A stretch of DNA of 64,000 nucleotides from Vicinamibacteria bacterium (GCA_963555995.3 OY821641.1:1568001-1632000), one strand, 5' to 3'; shown: positions 46,005 to 54,897, counted from the stretch's first letter. Notes: generated from the letters alone by a model not told the origin. Translations and numbers: made by a program.

Positions 46005-46156
46005 ATAGTAGCCTAACCCATGCTCAACCACTATCCATTGGGGTTCCGGCCGTTTCGGGCGCCGATCCGCCGCGGGGAGGGTTCCGCGGGTCCAGGGGGC
46101 GCACCCCTCCGGTACTGACGCAGAGTCCGGACTTCCCGTTCCCACTGCCGGCCGCG

Positions 46157-47944
46157 ATGCTCCACTGGCTCCGGGCGCGAAACGTCGCCCTCCTCAAGGA
46201 CGTCTCGCTCGAGTTCGAAGCGGGCCTGAACGTGGTCACCGGCGAGACCGGGGCGGGCAAGAGCGTTCTGCTGGAGGCGCTCGGGCTGATTCTCGGGGGG
46301 CGCGGACGTTCGGCGCTCGTGGGTCCGCTGGCGGACCGCGCGGTCGTCGAGGCAGGGTTCACCGCTCCCGGAGCGGGAACCGCGGACGGGGAGCGATTCG
46401 GGGCGCTCGCCGAGGAGGCGGGAGTCTCCGCCGAGGACGGCGATCTCGTGATCCGGCGGGAGCTGCGGCTCGGGCCGGGACGGCGCTCGATCGTCAACCG
46501 GGTCACCGTGAACGGGACGGCGGCGCCGGTGGCGGTGCTGCGCGCGCTGGGCGCGATCCTCGCCGAGGTCTACAGCCAGGGCGAGTACCTGGCGCTCCTG
46601 CAGCCCGGCGCCGCCCGGGAGGCGGTGGACGAGGCGGGTGGCCACGCTCCCCGGCGGCGTGAACTGGCGGTCGCCTTCCGCGACCTCCGTGCTCGGGAAG
46701 CGGAGCGCGACGCCCTCCAGGAGCGGCTGACCGCGGCGGCGGCGCAGCGCGCCGAGATGGAGAGGGCCCTCGAAGCGATCGAACGGGCAGCGCCGCAACC
46801 GGGCGAGATCGGGGGCCTGCTGGAAGAGCGGCGAACGCTCGGCCACGCGGAACAGCTCGCCGGCCGCCTCGAGAGTGCGTACCAGGCGCTCTACGGGTCG
46901 GACTCCGCGGCGGGCGCGCAGTTGGCGGTTGCGCTCCGCGCCCTCGAGGACGCTGGCGCGATGGACCCCCGGACCGCCGGTCTGCTCGACGGACGCCCGG
47001 ACCTGCTGGTCGAGGTGGAGGACCTCGCCGCCGCGGTGCGGGACCGGCGCGACCGCGTCCGGGCGGCGCCGGAGCGGCTCGCGGAAATCGAAGATCGCCT
47101 CGCCGTGCTGCGAGGTCTCGAGCGCCGTTACGCCGGAGGAGCGGGCGGCGCGGACGCCTTGTTGGAGCGGGCTGCCGAGATAAGGGGCGTCCTCGCCGAA
47201 TTCACGGACCAGGCCGCCGAACGCCGCCGCGCGGCAGCCGCGGCCCACGCTGCGGCTGCGCTCTACCGGGAGCGGGCGGCGGCGCTCCGCGCGGCGCGCG
47301 CCGCCGCCGCGAAGGCGCTCGCCGGCGGGGTGCGGGGTGAACTTGCCGGCCTCGGGATTCCCCGCGCCCGTTTCTCCATCGGGATCGAACCGCTCGCGGG
47401 AGAATCCGGGTCCGGGGAGGCGGAAGGCACCGGGCACTTCACGGAACACGGCCTCGACCGGGTGGAGTTCCTGTTCAGCGCCAGTCCCGGGATGGCGCCG
47501 GCGCCCATCGGAGAGGTCGCCTCGGGAGGGGAGTCGTCGCGGTTCTTTCTCGCGCTGAAGGCCGCCGGGGCGGGGAAGGGGGGTGCGGCGACCCTGGTCT
47601 TCGACGAGGCGGACACGGGGACGTCCGGCCGCATCGCCGATGCCGTCGGGCGGCGCCTGCGGCGGCTCGCCACCTCGCACCAGGTCGTTTCCGTCACCCA
47701 TCTGCCCCAGGTCGCCGCCCTTGGGCGGGTCCACCTCGTTGTCGAGAAACTAGAATCCGGCGATGCGGTTCGGGTCTCCACCCTCGGTGGCGACGCCCGG
47801 ACCGAGGAAATCGCCCGTATGCTCGCCGGCCCCGAGGTCACCGACACCGCTCGCCGACACGCCTCCCAACTGCTCGCCGGCGCGGACGCCGAGGCCCCGG
47901 GCAACGAGACCGGAGGCCTCGCGCCGGGGCCGGCGGGGCGCTGA
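46157..47944 (+). CDS. recN: DNA repair protein RecN
   Basis: TGETGAGKS, coiled coil, VASGGESSR, FDEADTG, VTHLPQVAA, EIARML. Confidence 0.95.
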   Translation: MLHWLRARNVALLKDVSLEFEAGLNVVTGETGAGKSVLLEALGLILGGRGRSALVGPLADRAVVEAGFTAPGAGTADGERFGALAEEAGVSAEDGDLVIRRELRLGPGRRSIVNRVTVNGTAAPVAVLRALGAILAEVYSQGEYLALLQPGAAREAVDEAGGHAPRRRELAVAFRDLRAREAERDALQERLTAAAAQRAEMERALEAIERAAPQPGEIGGLLEERRTLGHAEQLAGRLESAYQALYGSDSAAGAQLAVALRALEDAGAMDPRTAGLLDGRPDLLVEVEDLAAAVRDRRDRVRAAPERLAEIEDRLAVLRGLERRYAGGAGGADALLERAAEIRGVLAEFTDQAAERRRAAAAAHAAAALYRERAAALRAARAAAAKALAGGVRGELAGLGIPRARFSIGIEPLAGESGSGEAEGTGHFTEHGLDRVEFLFSASPGMAPAPIGEVASGGESSRFFLALKAAGAGKGGAATLVFDEADTGTSGRIADAVGRRLRRLATSHQVVSVTHLPQVAALGRVHLVVEKLESGDAVRVSTLGGDARTEEIARMLAGPEVTDTARRHASQLLAGADAEAPGNETGGLAPGPAGR

Positions 47945-49471
47945 ATGACCGCCCGCGCGCCCATCCCGCCGCCGCTCCGGACCGGTCCGGCCGCCGGGCA
48001 TCCCGCCGCGGCCCCGGCCGCCGGGCATCCCCTCCGGTTTCGGATCGAGACCTGGGGTTGCCAGATGAACGTCCACGACTCGGAGAAGATGGCGGCGGCG
48101 CTGGGGTCGCTCGGTTGCCGGCCGGCGGACACGGAGCCCGCCGAGGTCGTGGTCCTGAATACCTGTTCGGTTCGGGAGAAGGCGCAGGAAAAGGTCTTCG
48201 CCCGGGTGGAGCAGCTCCTCGGCCGGGGCGGCGAGCGCCCGCGACTGATCGGGGTGGCGGGATGCGTGGCGCAGCAGGAGGGGGAGGCGATTTTCGGCCG
48301 GGCGCCGGCGGTGGACTTCGTCCTCGGCACCCAGAGCCTGGTGCTCCTGCCGGACATCGTGCGCCGGCTCCTCGACGGAGAGACCCGGATCGTCGAGACC
48401 GGGCGCCATCCGGACAACCTCGACATCCCCCCGGAGCAGATCGCCCGGATTCCCGGGGTCAAGGCGTACATCACGATCATGGAGGGTTGCGACAACTTCT
48501 GCTCGTTCTGCGTGGTGCCCTTCACCCGCGGGCGCGAGCGCTGCCGGAGCGTGTCTTCCATCGTGCGGGAAGCGGAGTCGCTCGCGGCGTCGGGGTTCCG
48601 GGAGGTCCAGCTTCTCGGCCAGAACGTGAACTCCTACCGGGACCCGGAAGACGGAAGGGGCTTCGCCGAACTGACCGACGCGGTGGGCGCGGTGCCGGGC
48701 ATTCGCCGGATCCGCTTCACGAGCCCGCATCCCAAGGACTTCAGCGACGCGCTGATGGACCGCTTCGCCGCCGGGGGTCCGCTGATGCCGCACATGCACC
48801 TCCCCGCGCAATCGGGTTCGACGGCCGTGCTGGAACGCATGCGGCGCGGCTACAGCCGTGCGGAGTTCCTGGACCTGGTGGGGCGAGCGCGGGAGAAGGC
48901 TCCCGAACTCGCCCTCTCCACGGACCTGATCGTCGGCTTCTGCGGCGAGACGCGGCGCGAGTTCGAAGACACCCTGACGCTCCTCGACGAGGTGCGGTTC
49001 TCCTCGGTCTATTCGTTCAAGTACTCCGAGCGCCCGCACACGCTCGCCTCGAAGCGGTTGCCCGACGACGTGCCGGACCCGGAGAAGACGGACCGGCTCG
49101 TCGAACTCCAGGCCCGGCAGCGGGAGATCCAGCTCGCCCTGCACCGCGGCCTGGTCGGCCGCGAGGTGGAAGTGCTCGTCGAGGGCCCCAGCCGCCGGGG
49201 TGATGGCCTCGCCGGACGGGGGCCCGACAACCGCATCGTCAACTTCGACGGCCCGCCGGAGGCCACCGGGAGCTTCGGCGAGGTGCGGATCACCGGGTTC
49301 GGCCCGAACAGCCTGCTGGGTGAGCCCGTGAGTTCGCTGACGCCGCGCCGGCTCGCCGGGGCGCCGGCGGGCCTCAGCAACGACCCGGGTGACGGGGGCG
49401 CCCCGATCCCCCTCCCCGTCGTCCCGGCGGCCCCGGGAAACGGCGCCTGCGAGGCCATGTCCGCCGGATGA
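47945..49471 (+). CDS. miaB: tRNA methylthiotransferase MiaB
   Basis: TWGCQMNVHDSE, NTCSVREKA, GCVAQ, CDNFCSFC, LLGQNVNSY, TRAM domain. Confidence 0.95.
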   Translation: MTARAPIPPPLRTGPAAGHPAAAPAAGHPLRFRIETWGCQMNVHDSEKMAAALGSLGCRPADTEPAEVVVLNTCSVREKAQEKVFARVEQLLGRGGERPRLIGVAGCVAQQEGEAIFGRAPAVDFVLGTQSLVLLPDIVRRLLDGETRIVETGRHPDNLDIPPEQIARIPGVKAYITIMEGCDNFCSFCVVPFTRGRERCRSVSSIVREAESLAASGFREVQLLGQNVNSYRDPEDGRGFAELTDAVGAVPGIRRIRFTSPHPKDFSDALMDRFAAGGPLMPHMHLPAQSGSTAVLERMRRGYSRAEFLDLVGRAREKAPELALSTDLIVGFCGETRREFEDTLTLLDEVRFSSVYSFKYSERPHTLASKRLPDDVPDPEKTDRLVELQARQREIQLALHRGLVGREVEVLVEGPSRRGDGLAGRGPDNRIVNFDGPPEATGSFGEVRITGFGPNSLLGEPVSSLTPRRLAGAPAGLSNDPGDGGAPIPLPVVPAAPGNGACEAMSAG

Positions 49472-49493
49472 GCGCGGCAACGAGGAGCTGACC

Positions 49494-49994
49494 GTGGAGA
49501 TCGAGGTAAGCATCAAGGCGATCCTGATGGTGCCGCGGACCAGCGCCGCGGTCGTGATGCTCAAGGAGGAGTCCGGCGATCGGGAAGTCCCCATCTGGGT
49601 GGGACCCATGGAGGTCCGCGCGATCGGCCTCCAGATCGAGAACTACGAGCCGCCCCGGCCCTTCACGCACGACCTGATCCGGGAACTGCTCCGGGAGCTG
49701 GATGCCCGGGTCACCAAGGTGGTGATCCATGACGTGCAGGACAACACCTTCTACGCGCATGTCCATCTCCAGCGCAAGCGCCAGCGGCTCGCGGTGGACG
49801 CGAGGCCGAGCGACGCCATTGCCCTCGCGCTGCGGACGCGGGCGCCCATCTTCGTCCATTCCCGCGTCATCGAGCGCGGCGCCCGCCGCGCCGAGGAGCT
49901 CATGGCGGAGGACGTCGAACCACCGGAGGACAGCGAGGCGCTCGGTGACTGGCTGGAGGCGCTCGACGAGGACGACCTCGGTGACGCGCACTGA
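49494..49994 (+). CDS. Bifunctional nuclease family (DUF151)
   Basis: SD GAGGAG; PIWVG..E, PRPFTHDL, DARPSDAIALA. Confidence 0.9.
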   Translation: MEIEVSIKAILMVPRTSAAVVMLKEESGDREVPIWVGPMEVRAIGLQIENYEPPRPFTHDLIRELLRELDARVTKVVIHDVQDNTFYAHVHLQRKRQRLAVDARPSDAIALALRTRAPIFVHSRVIERGARRAEELMAEDVEPPEDSEALGDWLEALDEDDLGDAH

Positions 49995-50770
49995 TGCACG
50001 CCACCATCACCGTTGCGAACCAGAAGGGCGGGGTAGCCAAGACCACCACCGCGGTCAACCTGGCGGCGGCGTTCGCCGGCGCCGGACACCGGACGCTGCT
50101 GGTGGATGTGGATCCCCAGGCGAACGCCTCGGTGAGCGTCATCGAGCCGGACCCGTCCCGTCCCTCGATGCTGGAGGCGCTCACCGGCGAGGTCCGCTTC
50201 GCGAAGATCATCAGCCCTACCTCGGTGGAAGGCCTGTCGGTCGCCGAGGCGCGTATCTCGCTCGCGAAGCTGGAGCGGCAGCTCCTCGGCGACATTGATG
50301 CCCACTACCGGCTCCGGGACCGCCTCCAGTACGTCCGGGGGGAATTCGAGTACGTGGTGATTGATACCCCTCCCACTCTCGGGCTCATCACGGTGAACGC
50401 GTTGGTGGCGAGTGACTACCTGCTGCTGCCGCTGCCGCCCACCTACTACGCTCTGGAGGGCGCCGACGACCTGCTGGACACCCTCGAGCAGGTCCGCCGC
50501 CGCCCCAATCCCGATCTGTCGCTCCTCGGAGTGGTGGTCACGATGGCGGATCAGCGCACCCGGATCGCCCGCGACGCGATCCGCAAGATCCGGGGACACT
50601 TCGGAAAGGCCGTCTTTCGGACGCTGATCGGCCGGAACGTCCGGCTCGAAGAGAGTCCCGCCTACAAGGAGTCCATCTTCGCGTTCGCCCCCGACTCCCG
50701 GGGAGCCGAGGACTACGGACGCCTGTCTCGGGAGGTGCTTGCCCGTGTCCAAGCGAACTGGTCTCCCTGA
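49994..50770 (+). CDS. parA: ParA/Soj family ATPase
   Basis: NQKGGVAKTTT, DVDPQAN, IDTPP, NVRLEESP. Confidence 0.9.
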   Translation: MHATITVANQKGGVAKTTTAVNLAAAFAGAGHRTLLVDVDPQANASVSVIEPDPSRPSMLEALTGEVRFAKIISPTSVEGLSVAEARISLAKLERQLLGDIDAHYRLRDRLQYVRGEFEYVVIDTPPTLGLITVNALVASDYLLLPLPPTYYALEGADDLLDTLEQVRRRPNPDLSLLGVVVTMADQRTRIARDAIRKIRGHFGKAVFRTLIGRNVRLEESPAYKESIFAFAPDSRGAEDYGRLSREVLARVQANWSP

Positions 50771-51614
50771 AAAAGTCGCTCTGAAGCCGCGTGAGAGCCA
50801 CTACGTGGCGGGGCTCGCTCCCGAAGAGCCGCAGGTCCGGCACCGGATGATCCCGACGGCGCAGATCCATCCCAATCCCGATCAGCCGCGCCAGCGCATC
50901 GGGGCGCTGGAGCCGCTCGCCACCTCGATCCGCGACCAGGGCATCCTCCAGCCGATTCTGGTCCGCCGCCTGGGTCCCAAGGACTTCCAGATCATCGCGG
51001 GCGAGCGGCGCTATCGCGCCGCGGTACTCGCCGGGCTGCGCGAAGTGCCGTGCGTCGAACGGGAGGCCGAGGCGGGGGACGCGCTCGAGTTGGCCCTCGT
51101 GGAGAACCTGTTGCGGGACGACCTCTCCGCCTTCGAAGAGGCTGCCGCCTACGAGGGGCTCATCCGGGAGCATGGACACACCCACGACTCGCTCGCCCGC
51201 CGGGTCGGCAAGGGACGCACGTCCATCACCGAGACCCTCGCCCTCCTGAACATACCGGAGGAGATCCGGGAACTCGCCCAGGCCTCCGGGATCGTCTCCC
51301 GCCGCCAGTTGCTGCGGGTGGCCCGCGAACCGAATGCGGAAGCCATGCTGGCCGCTGTCCAGCGGCTCGCCCAGGGGATCGGGGAGCCGGCGCCCAAACG
51401 CCCGAAGGGCAGGGGAGAGCGCGCGCGGCCCTTCGTCTTCCGCTACGCCCCGAAAGACGGTCCTTTCCGTCTGCAGTTGACCTTCCGCCGCAGCGAGGTC
51501 GAAGAGGCGGACGTGGTGGAGGCGCTCCGAACCCTGCTGCGGCAGCTCGAAGAGGCGAGCGACGATGTCGGCGCGCCGACATCGGACGCAAGCGACAGCG
51601 AATCAAAGAGTTAG
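50745..51614 (+). CDS. parB: ParB/Spo0J family protein
   Basis: PNPDQPR, GILQPILVR, IIAGERRYRA, ENLLRDDL, HTH. Confidence 0.9.
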   Translation: MSKRTGLPEKVALKPRESHYVAGLAPEEPQVRHRMIPTAQIHPNPDQPRQRIGALEPLATSIRDQGILQPILVRRLGPKDFQIIAGERRYRAAVLAGLREVPCVEREAEAGDALELALVENLLRDDLSAFEEAAAYEGLIREHGHTHDSLARRVGKGRTSITETLALLNIPEEIRELAQASGIVSRRQLLRVAREPNAEAMLAAVQRLAQGIGEPAPKRPKGRGERARPFVFRYAPKDGPFRLQLTFRRSEVEEADVVEALRTLLRQLEEASDDVGAPTSDASDSESKS

Positions 51615-51693
51615 ACCGGGTATCGGTCAGTTCTTCCGGTATCGCCGGTCGAATGCCGGACGATTTCCGGGACGCCACAATAGAATGCCGCGC

Positions 51694-52266
51694 ATGTCCC
51701 GATTCTCAGCTTCCGCACTCTTGGCAGCCGGTCTGGCCACCGGTCTCGCCGCCACCGCCGGGTCCGCGCAGGACACCGACACGCCGACCGTGAAGGTCGG
51801 TGACCCGGCCCCCGATTTCGAACTCGAGGACGCCCACGGCGCCTCGTACCGTCTTTCGGAACTGCTGAAGCGCGGCCCGGTCGTCCTGGAGTTCTTCCGG
51901 AGCGGGGGTTGGTGACCATTCTGCATTGCGCAACTCGGCGAGTTGCAAGGATCCCTGGCTGAGTTCGAGGCGGCGGACACGACCGTGCTCGGCATTTCGA
52001 AGTACGGGACCGGGGAGACCCTGACGTGGCTCTCGAAGAACGACTGGTCCTTCCCGATCCTGGTGGACGGAGGCCCGGTCATCCGCGAGTACGGCATCCC
52101 CAACCCGGATCACGACGGGACGGACCGGGAAGGCATACCCCATCCCGCGACCATCATCGTGGATCCGGACGGTGTCGTCCGTTTCGTCAACGTCTGGGTG
52201 AACTACCGTGACCGCACGGCGCCCAACGAGATCCTCGCCGAGATCTCCCGTCTCGGGGGGTCCTGA
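51694..52266 (+). CDS. Exported AhpC/TSA (peroxiredoxin-like) selenoprotein, UxxC motif, Sec at TGA 51913-51915
   Basis: Read-through gives VGDPAPDFEL...GPVVLEFFRSGGW-U-PFC...HPATIIVDPDGVVRF, one 190-aa thioredoxin-fold protein; signal peptide; SECIS-like hairpin follows. Confidence 0.88.
51916..51950 (+). promoter_or_regulatory. Putative bacterial SECIS element
   Basis: Stem gcaactc/gagttgc (51930-51946) with G-starting loop ggc 21 nt after the UGA. Confidence 0.75.
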
Positions 52267-52298
52267 TGACCGCCCATCACCAAAAGGAGTTCCGGCCC

Positions 52299-52835
52299 AT
52301 GAAACGCCGTCTCACGCTGTCCGCCCTGCTGTTGGCCGTGTCCGGCGGTCTTGCCGCCGGTCAGGCGCCGATGATTCCCGACTGGGAGAACGCGGCGAGG
52401 TTCGAGCTGGTGGCCTCGCAGTCCCCGGTCCGTCCCGGCGACCGCCTCGAAGTGGCGGTGGTCGCGGAACTGGACGCGGGGTACCACCTCTACGGCCCCG
52501 AAGAGGCCTTCCCGACCGCCACCGTGGTGGAACTCGTCGAGGGAGGAGCCTTCGAGAGCGGTGAGCCCGCCTATCCGCCGCCGATCCGGCGGGATCTTTC
52601 GGGACTCGGGGAATACGACCTCTACGAGGGGACGATCGCCATCCGGATCCCGGTCACCTCCGTTCGCGAGCGGGGCCGGTCCGCGGACGCCGAGGTGCTG
52701 GTCCGCTACCAGCTCTGCACGGACAACGCCTGCAGCGCGCCCACCAGCACCACCCTGGAGCTGTCGCTGCCGACCGCGAGGGCCGGGGCCCCGGTGAAGG
52801 CGCTGCATTCCGAGATCTTCGGGGAATCGCGATGA
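52299..52835 (+). CDS. Exported DsbD N-terminal (alpha) domain-like protein
   Basis: SD AAGGAG; signal peptide; GYHLY, YPPP, YEG, YQLCTDNACSAP Cys pair; alternative start 52266. Confidence 0.8.
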   Translation: MKRRLTLSALLLAVSGGLAAGQAPMIPDWENAARFELVASQSPVRPGDRLEVAVVAELDAGYHLYGPEEAFPTATVVELVEGGAFESGEPAYPPPIRRDLSGLGEYDLYEGTIAIRIPVTSVRERGRSADAEVLVRYQLCTDNACSAPTSTTLELSLPTARAGAPVKALHSEIFGESR

Positions 52836-53317
52836 GTCGCGTGGTCCATACCTGCCACGCCCGGGTCGTCAAGGAGGCCGGTCCGGTCCGGCAGGCCTTC
52901 CTCGAGGACTTCGAGGCGCCCGTCCGTTTCGGCGTCCACAGCGGGATCGCCGCGTTCTACGGGGTCACCCCGGCGGAGGAGCTGCCGGCGACCCTCGACT
53001 ACGTGGTGGCCGCCACCGGCGGTTGAATGGTGGGTACGTTCGGGCGGGCGCTCGAAGTACGCGGCATTCCGAGCCAGCCGGATCGGCTTTCGGCCGATAT
53101 CGAGGGCGACATTGTGGACGAGAACGGGGTCATGGCGCTGCGGGCCATCCGCATCCGGTACCGGGTGGCGTTGCCGGCCGGCAAACGCGAAGAAGCGGAA
53201 CGCGCGCTTCGCTTCCATGAGCGCGGCTGCCCCCTGGCCAACACCCTGAAGGACGGCGTGGACATCACGTATACGGCCGACTTCGAAGAACTGGACGGCG
53301 CGGGCGCGGCTGGATGA
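52832..53317 (+). CDS. OsmC/Ohr-like selenoprotein, Sec at TGA 53024-53026
   Basis: Read-through gives TLDYVVAATGG-U-MVGTF...FHERGCPLANTL, placing Sec at the first OsmC Cys with the second Cys intact; SECIS-like hairpin follows. Confidence 0.82.
53027..53060 (+). promoter_or_regulatory. Putative bacterial SECIS element
   Basis: gtac-g-ttcgggc [gggc] gctcgaa-gtac stem-loop; loop starts 19 nt after the UGA and begins with G. Confidence 0.7.
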
Positions 53318-53832
53318 GCGACCCGGCGTCGGCGATCCGGGCGCTGATGCGCCGGGCGCCGCAACTGGTGACCGTCGTGACCGCCCGTGGTCCGGACGGG
53401 CCGAGGGGAATCACCGTCAGTTCCTTCACTTCGGTGAGCCTCGACCCGCCGCTGGTGCTCGTCTCGATCATGAATTCGGCCCGGGCGCACCCCGCCATCG
53501 CCGCGGGCGCTTTCCGGGTGCACCTGCTGGCGTCCGACCAGGCCGATGTTTCCGGGCACTTCGCCAAACCCGGGCTCGACGCGAACACCCAGTTCGGAGG
53601 CCGGTTCGCCGAAGCCGTGGAGGCGGGCGGAACGGAGGATCCGCCCCGGATTCCCGGCTGCATCGGCTGGCTCCGCTGCGTGACCGCCGGGTCCCATGCC
53701 GAGGGCGACCACACGCTGTTCATCGGAAGAGTGACGGAGGGCAGGGTGGAGCGGGCCGAGGCCGCTCCCTTGCTTTACTACGACCGGGGCTATCGCGAAG
53801 TGGGAGGCGTCCCGGGTGATTCGCCGGGCTGA
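53314..53832 (+). CDS. Flavin reductase (HpaC/RutF family)
   Basis: VTVVT, GITVSSFTSVSLDPPLVLV, GDHTLFIG, PLLY. Confidence 0.92.
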   Translation: MSDPASAIRALMRRAPQLVTVVTARGPDGPRGITVSSFTSVSLDPPLVLVSIMNSARAHPAIAAGAFRVHLLASDQADVSGHFAKPGLDANTQFGGRFAEAVEAGGTEDPPRIPGCIGWLRCVTAGSHAEGDHTLFIGRVTEGRVERAEAAPLLYYDRGYREVGGVPGDSPG

Positions 53833-53836
53833 TCCG

Positions 53837-54718
53837 ATGCGCATTCCGGGAGCCGCGCTGCTCTTCCTGCTGGGAGCCGGAAGTCTCGCCGGCTGTGGGG
53901 GCGGCGAGGAAGCGCCCCCGCCCGCCGAAGAACCGGCGCCGGTGGAAGAGGCCCCGCCCGCCCCGGAGCCGGAGCCGGCGAGGCCCGCCCCGCCGCCGCC
54001 CCCGCCGCCGCCGACAACCGGCGGTCTGCAGGTGGAGGGGACCGAGGGGGCGCGCGTGGTGCTGGACGGCCGGGTGCTGGGCACCGTGCCGGGCGCCTGG
54101 GAGGATCTGGACGCCGGGGAGTATCCGGTTCGGGTGGAGAAGGAGGGCTTCCACCCGCTGGAGGTGAGCATCACGATCCGGGGCGGCCGCACGCGGTCGC
54201 TGGCCGCGGAGCTCGTCGAAATGCTGGGGTCCATCACGGTGGAGAGCGACGTGGCGGGCGCGAACGTTTTCCTGAACCGGAACTTCAAGGGGAACACGCC
54301 GGTGACCATCAGCGACCTGAGCCCGGGTGAATACAGCCTGACCGTGTCGGTGGAGGGGCGCGACGTGGTGTCCCGGAAGGTCGAGGTGGGCCGGCGGCGG
54401 GTCCCGGTCCGGGTGGAGTTCGGCGACCCGGCGGCCTCGCTGGACGTCCGGGTCGCCGTGGTCCACAAACACCGCTTCGGGTCGTGCGAGGGGACGCTGG
54501 TCGCCACGCCGGAGGGGTTCGACTACCGGACCGATCACAAGGACGCCTTCCGGCTGTCGTTTGGCCAGACGGAACGGTTCGAGATCGATTACCTGCAGAA
54601 CAACCTGCGTCTCAAGGTGCGGGGCGGGCGCACCTACAACTTCGAGTCGCCGACCGAGGACCTGGACGCGCTGTTCGTGTTCCACCGCGACGTCGCCGCG
54701 TTTCGCGAGCAACGGTAA
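53837..54718 (+). CDS. PEGA-domain lipoprotein
   Basis: Lipobox LAGC; Pro-rich linker; two PEGA-like repeats (GARVVLDG..LG; GANVFLN...GNTP...LSPGEY). Confidence 0.8.
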   Translation: MRIPGAALLFLLGAGSLAGCGGGEEAPPPAEEPAPVEEAPPAPEPEPARPAPPPPPPPPTTGGLQVEGTEGARVVLDGRVLGTVPGAWEDLDAGEYPVRVEKEGFHPLEVSITIRGGRTRSLAAELVEMLGSITVESDVAGANVFLNRNFKGNTPVTISDLSPGEYSLTVSVEGRDVVSRKVEVGRRRVPVRVEFGDPAASLDVRVAVVHKHRFGSCEGTLVATPEGFDYRTDHKDAFRLSFGQTERFEIDYLQNNLRLKVRGGRTYNFESPTEDLDALFVFHRDVAAFREQR

Positions 54719-54734
54719 CGGGCTGATCGCTAGT

Positions 54735-54762
54735 TCTTAACATAATCATCCTTATCGGAAGT
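54735..54762 (-). other. dif: XerCD dif site (chromosome dimer resolution)
   Basis: Minus strand ACTTCCGATAA-GGATGA-TTATGTTAAGA, 11-6-11 architecture; XerD arm resembles E. coli TTATGTTAAAT, XerC arm resembles B. subtilis ACTTCCTAGAA; KOPS-like octamers switch strand here. Confidence 0.85.
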
Positions 54763-54843
54763 CGCGCGAGCGACCCTCGATAAGGATCGAAACCGCCGTG
54801 GGCACCTCCGGAGTGCTCGCGCGCCGTCCGATCAGGGGGCCGT

Positions 54844-54879
54844 GCTTATCCGAAGTTGCTGCCGCAACTTCCGATAAGC
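54844..54879. repeat. Hairpin containing an exact inverted copy of the dif XerC arm
   Basis: gcttatccgaagttgc-tgcc-gcaacttccgataagc; ACTTCCGATAA at 54867-54877. Confidence 0.75.
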
Positions 54880-54897
54880 GGGCCGGACGCCAGCGAT

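Noticed and set aside
46005-46156. LexA box upstream of recN
   Set aside because: No match by eye to the lexA-proximal palindrome or to canonical SOS boxes
47987-48031. Direct repeat ccggccgccgggcatccc near the miaB start
   Set aside because: A short local in-frame duplication in a low-complexity N-terminal extension with no sign of function
51565-53317. Split ORFs read as pseudogenes or four small genes
   Set aside because: Both breaks are single in-frame TGAs at catalytic Cys positions followed by SECIS-like hairpins, so selenocysteine is the simpler explanation
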